Virus record (IMG/VR): IMGVR_UViG_3300018890_000001
Coordinates: 96,628 to 160,627 of that record
DNA: 64,000 bases
Strand: one strand, 5' to 3'
Source: a virus
Of this stretch, positions 38,794-47,131 are shown piece after piece (the stretch's first letter is position 1; each line of letters starts with the position of its first letter). The translations under genes were made by a program, and so were the position numbers. The notes under the pieces were generated by a model. That model saw nothing but the letters and a program-made list of their open reading frames with translations. It did no database searches and had not been told where the DNA came from.

Positions 38794-39324
38794 ATGTCGT
38801 CCGAAAAACAACAATACCATTGCCTGCACCAAGGTTTCGATCGCCACGAAACAATGCTGCTTGCTCGCGTCACTTCGTCTCGACTCGCGTATCTCGATCG
38901 CCAGAAGGTAATTGTCCCGCAAAAATCTGGTAGCACCAAAAAACCGCACATTCTTTATTCGTGGGAGCAGGTATTGCAACTTCGAGTAATTACAGATTTC
39001 AAACAAAAAATTCCACTGGCATTGACACGGAAGATTATCCACTATTTCAACGAGGTCGGTCTTATTGAAAATTGGGGCAATCGGCACCTGGTGATTGTCG
39101 ACGATCAAATTTATTCGGTTGCACCAGATTGGTCAGATATGCCAGAGATTATGCGCTCAGGTTTTCTCGCTAACGATGGAAATGAATTCACCGTCATTGT
39201 GGCTCCCAATATTGAGGGGATTATTAACGACGTATGGCAGCGGGCGATCGAATCTGATTCGATTGATAACGATAGTTTTGCGGAACGAGCCAAAGTAGAT
39301 CCGCCAGTGTTGTTGAATTGCTAA
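38794..39324 (+). CDS. MerR-like HTH regulator
   Basis: GFDRHETMLLARVTSSRLAYLDRQKVIVPQK...LYSWEQVLQLRVI. Confidence 0.8.
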   Translation: MSSEKQQYHCLHQGFDRHETMLLARVTSSRLAYLDRQKVIVPQKSGSTKKPHILYSWEQVLQLRVITDFKQKIPLALTRKIIHYFNEVGLIENWGNRHLVIVDDQIYSVAPDWSDMPEIMRSGFLANDGNEFTVIVAPNIEGIINDVWQRAIESDSIDNDSFAERAKVDPPVLLNC

Positions 39325-39385
39325 GCGGGTGATCGGACACAAAAAAGCCCAAGAGCAAAAGTTCTTGGGCTTTTTTATTGGTAGT

Positions 39386-39793
39386 TTACAGTGGATCTGA
39401 ACCGCTAGCGACAATGGTGTGTCGCTCGACGCCTAATTCTTGGGCGATCGATTCCATCATTGGTTTTATTTGTTTGAACCTCATTTTAGGATCTGGACTC
39501 CATTGGATGATAGGCTCAAAAGATATTTGTGCTTTTTCAAACGCAGTCACAATCGCTTCGGCACGTATAAAACTTCGACTGGTTGTTGCTAGTTTGATGT
39601 TGTACTTTGCGTCTATTATCACAAGCCAGCATAAGTAACTATTGTCATTCCTGTTTTTACATACTTCCATCTGAATGACTTGATTGCCGTCACTTAAATC
39701 AATAAGTACGTTAAAAGATGTTTGCACGTCATCAACATAGAATTCATGTCGATTCACGTTGTTGAATTCGCGTTCTTTGAATTTAACGTTCAT
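39386..39793 (-). CDS. Tandem family protein copy 1
   Basis: Paralog of the next three; GTAG leader. Confidence 0.75.
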   Translation of the reverse strand: MNVKFKEREFNNVNRHEFYVDDVQTSFNVLIDLSDGNQVIQMEVCKNRNDNSYLCWLVIIDAKYNIKLATTSRSFIRAEAIVTAFEKAQISFEPIIQWSPDPKMRFKQIKPMMESIAQELGVERHTIVASGSDPL

Positions 39794-39888
39794 GTGATTG
39801 TGGAGCTATTTAAACTACATCTAAATTTTATCATAAAAACACCCCTTATACAAATGAATAGTCTGTATAAGGGGTGTTGATTTAATTG

Positions 39889-40314
39889 CTAAATACGATA
39901 AATGGGGTGCGCGCCAGCTTGGATAAGTCTGGGACGTTTCACGCCAATCTCGTTACCGATCGCCTCTAAGATATTTTCGATATCAGTAGAAGCCAGCGGA
40001 TGTTTAATCGATTCGCCTTTCTGGTATTCCCATGAAATCCCCATATTTGCAAACGCAGCACGCACTGCTTCACCAACCGAGGCACTGGCTGTATTACCAC
40101 CTCTGGCATTGCTTTGCAAATATACATCACTTAATTCAATCTTTACGGTTATGGCACAGTAATAATCTGTTCGACCTTGAAATACTTCTAGTCTAATCGC
40201 TTCAATTTCTTGAGAGCAGTCAAACCAGATTATCGTGGTCAACAATTTGTCACTAACTCTACCGTTTTTTGAATTTGTGAACAAACCTTGACGGTGTTGT
40301 AACGAAGCTTTCAT
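39889..40314 (-). CDS. Tandem family protein copy 2
   Basis: DC..E.IRL....YYC..., AF...GIS, AI...G..R. Confidence 0.8.
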   Translation of the reverse strand: MKASLQHRQGLFTNSKNGRVSDKLLTTIIWFDCSQEIEAIRLEVFQGRTDYYCAITVKIELSDVYLQSNARGGNTASASVGEAVRAAFANMGISWEYQKGESIKHPLASTDIENILEAIGNEIGVKRPRLIQAGAHPIYRI

Positions 40315-40429
40315 GTAATTGATTTATCGAAACTACATATTTAGTTTATCATTAATGTATTTGTAAGTCACGTAATTTAACACAAAAAATAACCCCACAC
40401 GAGAATAGTTTATGCGTGTGGGGTTCTTT

Positions 40430-40819
40430 TTAGCGGTTCGCGTCTACGCTATGTATGTACCACCTTTCTACTTCTGTGGCGCTTGCCATTGCGTTAATAG
40501 CGGGTTTGATTGATTCAAGCATTCGATAATCATAATCTGGTTCTGGAGGTAAACTGTCAAAACGTATATTCGCGTTAGCCAATGCTTGGCAAAAAGCGTC
40601 AAAGCGGCTATCTCCCTTACCACTGGTAGTCAAATCCATTACACCATCCTCAATCCAGATACAGCAGTAATACACAGCTCCTTTTTTGTAAAGGTCTAGA
40701 CGTATTAACTGCTCTTGTTTGTCGCAATCAATGACAACGCATTGTCCGATCAGACTATTGTCCGGTCTGTGTGCAGATTTAAGTGAACGTGCAAACTTGT
40801 TGACGTACTCGACTTTCAT
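40430..40819 (-). CDS. Tandem family protein copy 3
   Basis: IDCD...RLDLYKKG..YYCCIWI...SGKG.SRF. Confidence 0.85.
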   Translation of the reverse strand: MKVEYVNKFARSLKSAHRPDNSLIGQCVVIDCDKQEQLIRLDLYKKGAVYYCCIWIEDGVMDLTTSGKGDSRFDAFCQALANANIRFDSLPPEPDYDYRMLESIKPAINAMASATEVERWYIHSVDANR

Positions 40820-40936
40820 GAGATTGATTTATCTGAGACTACACATTTATTTTATCATTGATGTATTCGTAAGTCACGCAATTTAACACAAAAAAAAGAA
40901 CCTACATAAACTAATGTGGGTTCTTTTTTACTTATT

Positions 40937-41347
40937 TTAATTGGAGCGCATACAGTGATGTATGTAAGGTCTTTCTGCTCCCGCAGCTTCAGCAATTGCC
41001 GTGAAGACGTATTCTAGTTTATCCCAAACCTGAATGTCGAAATTACTTCCGAGTTCGGGCAACGGGTGCTCGAAAGAGATGTCTGCGCTGTCTAGTGCAG
41101 CATAAACAGCACCAAAACGACTGTTAGCTTTGCCACTACCAGTTATATCGACTTCCTGTTTGTCTGCCCAGCCTCTGATCCAAATACAGCAGTAATAACT
41201 TTTTTCCCCTTTCTTGTAAAGATCTACACGAACAGGTTCTTTTTTACGATCACAGTCGATCGCCACTAATTGTCCTGCTAAGTGCGCATGGTGGATATGG
41301 CTGGAATTGATTTCTCTGTGAATACAACTTGCAAAAGATGCTTTCAT
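40937..41347 (-). CDS. Tandem family protein copy 4
   Basis: IDCD...RVDLYKKG..YYCCIWI...SGKA.SRF. Confidence 0.85.
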   Translation of the reverse strand: MKASFASCIHREINSSHIHHAHLAGQLVAIDCDRKKEPVRVDLYKKGEKSYYCCIWIRGWADKQEVDITGSGKANSRFGAVYAALDSADISFEHPLPELGSNFDIQVWDKLEYVFTAIAEAAGAERPYIHHCMRSN

Positions 41348-41377
41348 ACAATTGATTTGTCTGAGACTACTTCTTTA

Positions 41378-41827
41378 TTATACTATTAAAGCAATCTCTT
41401 GTCTCTCATTTCGATCGCCCGTCAGCTTAAATTTTCCACCTATTCGAGGAGTGAGCCAAGGTACATTAAGTCTGTAAGTTGAATAACTCCCTTTTACTAC
41501 ACCAGTATGCGCGGATGGGATACCTTCATCTTTGGCCTCCGACTCAATATCTCGTGTACTAGAGCCGTAAGATTGCAGCAGTGTTTGTACTAATTGACCA
41601 TAGCAAAAGCAAAAGTGCGGATCCATTTCAGTTAGGTACGTCGCGATTGCTTCGCAGTCGAGACAGGTGTAGTGGCGATCGAAATACCCTTCAATTAACG
41701 TTGTTACGCGGTGCATCATCGTACCTTTAGGCATCAGCTCTTTGCACTCCACACATTTGTGGGGTGATCTTATTTTTACCAGCTTTTTAATATGGATATC
41801 AGTCGATACAAAGTCACAGTCACACAT
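41378..41827 (-). CDS. Cys-rich Zn-binding phage protein
   Basis: MCDCD...HKCVEC...YTCLDC. Confidence 0.75.
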   Translation of the reverse strand: MCDCDFVSTDIHIKKLVKIRSPHKCVECKELMPKGTMMHRVTTLIEGYFDRHYTCLDCEAIATYLTEMDPHFCFCYGQLVQTLLQSYGSSTRDIESEAKDEGIPSAHTGVVKGSYSTYRLNVPWLTPRIGGKFKLTGDRNERQEIALIV

Positions 41828-41933
41828 TTTAGTTGTCCTTGAGGTGGTAGATTTTTATTGTATACCCTAACGTTTATGTTTACATTACACCGCTTATGTT
41901 TTATTATATAAGTGTAGTTTATTTGCTCAGAAT

Positions 41934-42614
41934 ATGAAACGCGAATTATTTCAAGTCCCTGTTAATCGTCAAGATGCAGAACGTCAAGACAAAACTTATT
42001 TCTCATATGTTGATATCGTCGGTGCGGATCTTTCTTGGTTGAAATTAGCCGGAAAGGAATTCCGTGGTTCAGACCTCAGACAAGTTTCATTTGTTGGGAC
42101 TTGGTTGCAAGAATGTTCGTTTGCTGGTGCTAATTTAAGTGGTGCCGATTTGCACTGTTCCTGCCTGCGAAAAGCTTCTTTCATGAAAGCTAACTTGCAA
42201 GGTGCTAATTTACGAGCAACAGATCTGCGAGATGTTGATTTTTATCTTGCAGATATGCGAGGTGCTGATCTAACTAATGCCGACCTAAGAGGTGCTGACC
42301 TCGGTTGCGCGGACTTGACTGGCGCGAACTTGAAAGGGGCGATCGGATTGGGAACCAAGCAAGGTGAAATGGAATTTGCTGCTAACTTGGTTGCTCAACT
42401 AGACGCAGAACAGGATTCCCGAATCAAACAAGAATGGCGAAACAATCCAAGTTACGTGATGTGTGTTTACCCCAAAGAGTTTGATTACAATCCTGGGAGA
42501 GAGCGTTCTCTCCTGTATCCGACACTTGCCAAGTTTTTCCACGGTCGTGGTGATGAAGCGTTAATTGCGCTTCGTAAAATTGCGACTGGTGAACTTTCGG
42601 TATTCAACGACTAA
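41934..42614 (+). CDS. Pentapeptide-repeat protein, paralog of 27622..28413
   Basis: Repeats plus LYPTLAKFF..ALIALRKIATGELSVF. Confidence 0.9.
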   Translation: MKRELFQVPVNRQDAERQDKTYFSYVDIVGADLSWLKLAGKEFRGSDLRQVSFVGTWLQECSFAGANLSGADLHCSCLRKASFMKANLQGANLRATDLRDVDFYLADMRGADLTNADLRGADLGCADLTGANLKGAIGLGTKQGEMEFAANLVAQLDAEQDSRIKQEWRNNPSYVMCVYPKEFDYNPGRERSLLYPTLAKFFHGRGDEALIALRKIATGELSVFND

Positions 42615-42662
42615 ACTTTTAATACAAAGCAGTTTCCTAGAATTTAGGAAGCTGCTTTTTTA

Positions 42663-43163
42663 TTAAAAATTAAAATCAGGTTGCGTCACTGGCGTCTGAA
42701 TATTTTGTAAAATAGTCGGCTGTACTGGCGGAATATATTCTAAATTCTCATCTGGTTGTGCAACAGTGTCCCCACTAGCTGTTGAAGCGTTTATTAGTTT
42801 CAATTCGTGGTAAATACTGACGCCTCGGTGTGTATATTCGTTTTTGTGTTCAACTTGATAAAGTTCTCCGCTATAGGAAATTCGCACGTTTGGACCCAAG
42901 TCCGCAATTTTAAAATCTTTACTGGAAACACGGGCAACTTGATTTGTGGCGATCGCCCGAATAATTCCAGTCTCCGTTGGGATTGCGCTTTTTTGTTCGA
43001 TAACGTGTCCGCGCAATTTTTTCTTGGTGTAGCTGATTCCTTTAGGAAACCCTAATTCAAGAACCGCAGATTGAGTTTGTGTTGGCGTACACAGTTCAAT
43101 GTTATGACCTAGTTCTTCAGAAAGAAACAAGAAGTCGTCAGGAGTGATAGCGTAATTGACCAT
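42663..43163 (-). CDS. Possible head-tail joining/virion protein
   Basis: Probable start ATG 43163; beta-rich pattern ending RISYSGELYQV...YHELKL; function weakly inferred. Confidence 0.5.
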   Translation of the reverse strand: MVNYAITPDDFLFLSEELGHNIELCTPTQTQSAVLELGFPKGISYTKKKLRGHVIEQKSAIPTETGIIRAIATNQVARVSSKDFKIADLGPNVRISYSGELYQVEHKNEYTHRGVSIYHELKLINASTASGDTVAQPDENLEYIPPVQPTILQNIQTPVTQPDFNF

Positions 43164-43258
43164 TATTCTATAAATAAGGTATAATAGTAGCAGGCAGTAA
43201 AAGACTGCTGTTCTTACAATAACCTTTTTCAACCGCCTCTAAACGGGGCGGTTTTACT

Positions 43259-43702
43259 ATGTTTAAAAAATTAGATTTTGACAAGTATGTCGGACAGAGA
43301 GTTCACGTTTATCGAAACTTGCACCACAAAGAAGATGGTAAATTTTCTGTGCAAGTACATGGAAAAGTTGTTGGGTATACCGATCGCCTGCTAATTCGCG
43401 ACGTTCAATTTTACGTCTCGCAAAGCACGAGAGCGCGGGCTCTTAGTAGTGGGAAGAATGGTCGTAGAACTGTCCATGCGTGGGCGATTGGGTATCTCAT
43501 CGCCCAGGACTTCGATTTAGATTCTATTCCTGGCGCTATCGAAATCCGTTATAACTACAAAGAGCATTCCTCTTTTGTGGTTGTAGCGACAAATGAATCT
43601 GTGTACGATAGTGAGTTCTTTGCTGTACATGATGGCAAAGCTTTTATTACGCGGGCGATCGATTCGACACAACACCCACGACAACTATCATTGTTTGGAT
43701 AG
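43259..43702 (+). CDS. Conserved phage hypothetical protein
   Basis: VHVYRNLH...FSVQ...VHAWAIG. Confidence 0.8.
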   Translation: MFKKLDFDKYVGQRVHVYRNLHHKEDGKFSVQVHGKVVGYTDRLLIRDVQFYVSQSTRARALSSGKNGRRTVHAWAIGYLIAQDFDLDSIPGAIEIRYNYKEHSSFVVVATNESVYDSEFFAVHDGKAFITRAIDSTQHPRQLSLFG

Positions 43703-43801
43703 TATTAAAACCTCTAGAGTTTTCTGGAGGTTTTTTTGTGTTTGACTTGTTTGTATAGAAATATTATGCGATAATAATTACATCCAATCAATAGAAATAT
43801 C

Positions 43802-44206
43802 ATGTCATTAACAGACAAAGAATTAGCATTTTGTCGCGATGTATTGGGAATTGACGCAGACTTGCTCTTTTTCCCTAGATTTATGTTTAACGTACATCGT
43901 TATGGTGAACGCTTTGCGGTGTATGTCCAGAGTCATTATCATGGTCGCACAGTTTCAGAAATTCGTGGTGATTTTTCTGGAGTTGTAGAAGACTTCAAGA
44001 AAGAGTTCAAAGGGGAATATGGATCTTGCGAAGAACTCGTAAAAGACAAGCTTAGTCAACAAGGTTTTGAGGGTTATCTAAAGGCTAGTCACTTAGATTG
44101 GGGTTGTCTCAACTTTGAACGTATAGTTGATGACTGGTGTACCGTCGGTGGCTTGTATAGTCGCATTACATTAAACGGACGTATTTACCTGTTTGAACAG
44201 ATTTGA
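43802..44206 (+). CDS. ArdA-like antirestriction protein
   Basis: EDFKKEFKGEYGSCEELV...LNFERIVDD...Y...NGRIYLF resembles ArdA domains 2-3. Confidence 0.55.
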   Translation: MSLTDKELAFCRDVLGIDADLLFFPRFMFNVHRYGERFAVYVQSHYHGRTVSEIRGDFSGVVEDFKKEFKGEYGSCEELVKDKLSQQGFEGYLKASHLDWGCLNFERIVDDWCTVGGLYSRITLNGRIYLFEQI

Positions 44207-44264
44207 TAAAAACAAAAGCCACGGTAATCAGTAATTGATTACCGTGGCTTTTGTTTTGCTTAGG

Positions 44265-44675
44265 TTATTTACCTAATTTCACGCTTCTAGTTTGGACATG
44301 AACTGGTTGCGTGAATTGAGAAATTTCTTCCCCAAGGTCTTGAACTTCGCCATTTTCATTGTAGTATTGTGACGCATCTGAGGCATATTGACGAATATAA
44401 TATGTCGTCAATTTCTGGTATACCGTCGTGGAATCACGAAAGACAAAGAAATGTCCTTTGGTTAGTTCTTTGAAATTTATTAACTCAGGTAATTGGTAGT
44501 CTGCGCCCAAGTCTTCGACTTTTTCATTTTTGAGGTATTTGTGTACGCCCAGACCGCGCGCGTATCTAATCTCACATTCTGCAACTTTTTGGTAGATTAC
44601 ACCGTTATCACTACCGTCAGTATGTTTCCAAAGAAATCTAAAATAATTACCAACAGCGATGTTTTTGAATTTCAT
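44265..44675 (-). CDS. Hypothetical protein with internal duplication
   Basis: FK....G.YF.F...YQK.....IR.Y....N..V.DLG twice. Confidence 0.8.
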   Translation of the reverse strand: MKFKNIAVGNYFRFLWKHTDGSDNGVIYQKVAECEIRYARGLGVHKYLKNEKVEDLGADYQLPELINFKELTKGHFFVFRDSTTVYQKLTTYYIRQYASDASQYYNENGEVQDLGEEISQFTQPVHVQTRSVKLGK

Positions 44676-44774
44676 AAAGTTTGATTTGTGACTACATCGT
44701 CAATAGTATATTTTAGTGTGACTAAAGTCAAGCATTATGATACAATTTGTGTGTTGTGTTCTTTGAGGTTATAT

Positions 44775-45335
44775 ATGTCGGGTGAAATCAAGAATGAAGT
44801 ATTGTTGTCAGACTTGATGAATTTGTTCAATCCGTTGAAAGTTGAGCAAACACCAAACCAACCGATCGCCAATGCGAACGATCGCCTGAATGAACCACTT
44901 ATCCGCCAGATTGCGGACGACATTCAACAGCAGATAGCTGCGTTGTCAGGCACAACACAAGTATTCGCGGATGATGCTCAGTTGTTGCGACTGATAACGA
45001 GTACGGGTGGTCACAAGAAGACTCTGTACATACTGCTCCACGATACGTTTTTGCACTCGCAAGGGGGATTTCCTGTTTCGCTACGGGCGATCGGTATAGC
45101 TCGGGGAAACTTGAAGGATACTATGAATCGCTCTGTAGACGCGAACAAGTGGTCGTTGCTTGCTAAAGTACACCGCTATCCATACGGTAATTATTTTGAG
45201 TTACCTGAACACAAGGTGCTACCGATATGGAGTATTTTAAGGTATGAAGATCCTGATGCTGAATGGTATCGTGTTCATCCGCTGTTAGTCGAGACATCTA
45301 ATTTTAAGGAGGCGCTTGAAGTCTTTGTAAAATAG
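44775..45335 (+). CDS. Truncated cyanobacterial AAA-type ATPase (N-terminal tip + C-terminal lid, no P-loop)
   Basis: LSDLMNLFNPL; LITSTGGH..L; WSLLAKVH; ILRYE...WYRVHPLL...FKEA. Confidence 0.65.
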   Translation: MSGEIKNEVLLSDLMNLFNPLKVEQTPNQPIANANDRLNEPLIRQIADDIQQQIAALSGTTQVFADDAQLLRLITSTGGHKKTLYILLHDTFLHSQGGFPVSLRAIGIARGNLKDTMNRSVDANKWSLLAKVHRYPYGNYFELPEHKVLPIWSILRYEDPDAEWYRVHPLLVETSNFKEALEVFVK

Positions 45336-45505
45336 GTAAACAACAAAAACCCGGACAATCTATAACAGGTTGTCCGGGTTTTTCTATGACTACCCGACTT
45401 TCGAGCGTTTGAAATGCGACGCTGTTTTGTTAGGATTGGTGTTAATGGCGATCGACGGAACCGATCACCCTTAACTAAACACACAGCTCTGAAGAGGAGA
45501 GTCAT

Positions 45506-45982
45506 ATGTCTACAGCAATGGTATCATTTTTCGATCAGTTCCCAGAATTTGACGGGCGGGTGATCGAAATTCGCAAGAAGGATGGGTATTTTTCGGCAAG
45601 CGACATGAGTGTAGTTTTGAAGAAACGACTTACTGATTGGCGCAAGACTGATTTTGCAAAGAGATTACTTGCGAGATTGAGTGAGAAGTCTGGAATGCCT
45701 ATAGAGCAACGGTTTAATGGCACTCTGGGGGAAAAGTCCCAGAGTGCATCTGCCTTAATTCAATATGATTTGAAGGGAGATCAGAAAGTGTGGCTTCATC
45801 CTTACGTCGCAATGTCTTATGCGATGTCTAATCCTGAGTTTCAAGCTGAAATGAATATTTGGATAGTTGATCTCATGACGTTGGGTACTGTGAACCCACA
45901 CTATCTTAAGTGGACTCAAGCAGAAATTGAGCGCGGGCGACAGTTCAACCAGGATGATATCAAAGAACTTTATGGAGAGTAG
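45506..45982 (+). CDS. KilA-N domain protein
   Basis: RKKDGYFSASDM...LTDW.KT...VWLHPYVAMSYAM..PEF. Confidence 0.9.
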   Translation: MSTAMVSFFDQFPEFDGRVIEIRKKDGYFSASDMSVVLKKRLTDWRKTDFAKRLLARLSEKSGMPIEQRFNGTLGEKSQSASALIQYDLKGDQKVWLHPYVAMSYAMSNPEFQAEMNIWIVDLMTLGTVNPHYLKWTQAEIERGRQFNQDDIKELYGE

Positions 45983-46138
45983 AAGCGTGTATTGAAGATC
46001 GCCAGCTATAACTTCCTAAACTAAAAGAGCGATACCTCGAATCTGAGGCATCGCTCTAAAACAAAAAAAGCCCAGGCAATTAACGTCTGGGCTTTTGCTT
46101 GTTTTTGCTTGTGCTGTGAACGATCACCCGCTAATTTA

Positions 46139-46483
46139 TCAGTCCTTCAGGATTTCTTCAAGTGCTGAGTAGCACCTTTTGAATTTGTATGAGGTGATGA
46201 TACGTTCGTCAAGTAGGTCAACAAGTCTCTCTTTGTAGCTAAAATGATCTTTTTGGATCTGCAATGTTTTCGGACAAAACAAATATCGGTAGGTGCGTTT
46301 TTTAGAAACTTGTTTTCCGGTCTGGCGATCGAATTTCAAGCTTGGATATCGCTCTACTTGAATATACTTGGCTGTGACCGAAATAACTTTAGACAGGCTG
46401 TCATCTTCAGTAATGCAACCTTCGATGACAGCGACTTGATCACCAAGTTTTAAGGATTGAATAAATTCTAAATGTTCGCTCAT
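46139..46483 (-). CDS. Hypothetical phage protein
   Basis: LKLGDQV...VTAKYI...KFDRQTG; GTAG leader. Confidence 0.8.
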   Translation of the reverse strand: MSEHLEFIQSLKLGDQVAVIEGCITEDDSLSKVISVTAKYIQVERYPSLKFDRQTGKQVSKKRTYRYLFCPKTLQIQKDHFSYKERLVDLLDERIITSYKFKRCYSALEEILKD

Positions 46484-46647
46484 TGGATTCGATGTATCTA
46501 AACTACATATTTATAATACCAAAAATTATCAAACAGTGCAATTGATTTACGTATTAATATAAAGCAATGCTAGTTAGCTACATTAATGCTTGTCTTATTT
46601 ATACAAATTGCATACAATAAAGAAGTAGTCGCAACCAAGATGCTGTT

Positions 46648-47076
46648 ATGGTTCCCAAAGAAAGACGTTCTACTCTAAAAACAAGAATTGATAGAAGAGA
46701 CTTGACGATGGAATATTTAGTTCCTTTGTTTGAGAATCCTTGGCGAGAAAACATTCCGTATTGGGTAGCTAGATCGCACAGTGATCATAGTCCGACAATT
46801 TCTATTACTGGCTCCTTCGATCCGAAAGAAGTTTGGCAACGTCAAATTCTTGAAAACTCTCGAATGTTCAAGTTTGTCGTGGTTGGAATTGATGGTAAAT
46901 TCTGGTATGACAAGGGTGATCCAGTTAGAATAATTTTGCTGTGTGCCGACGGTTACGATCGCCAAGTTGTAGAGAGATTTGAAAGTTACACAGGTACACC
47001 AGAAGAGTGTGCCGACAAAATGCAGAAGTGGTTGAAACAATGTATCAACAACCCGCAGCAGCCAAATTTTAACTAG
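46648..47076 (+). CDS. Hypothetical phage protein
   Basis: TACAAT-6-GTAGTC; terminator. Confidence 0.8.
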   Translation: MVPKERRSTLKTRIDRRDLTMEYLVPLFENPWRENIPYWVARSHSDHSPTISITGSFDPKEVWQRQILENSRMFKFVVVGIDGKFWYDKGDPVRIILLCADGYDRQVVERFESYTGTPEECADKMQKWLKQCINNPQQPNFN

Positions 47077-47131
47077 AGACTGATTGTCTACAAAAAAGCC
47101 CCGTTACTGAATTCAGTAACGGGGCTTTTTA

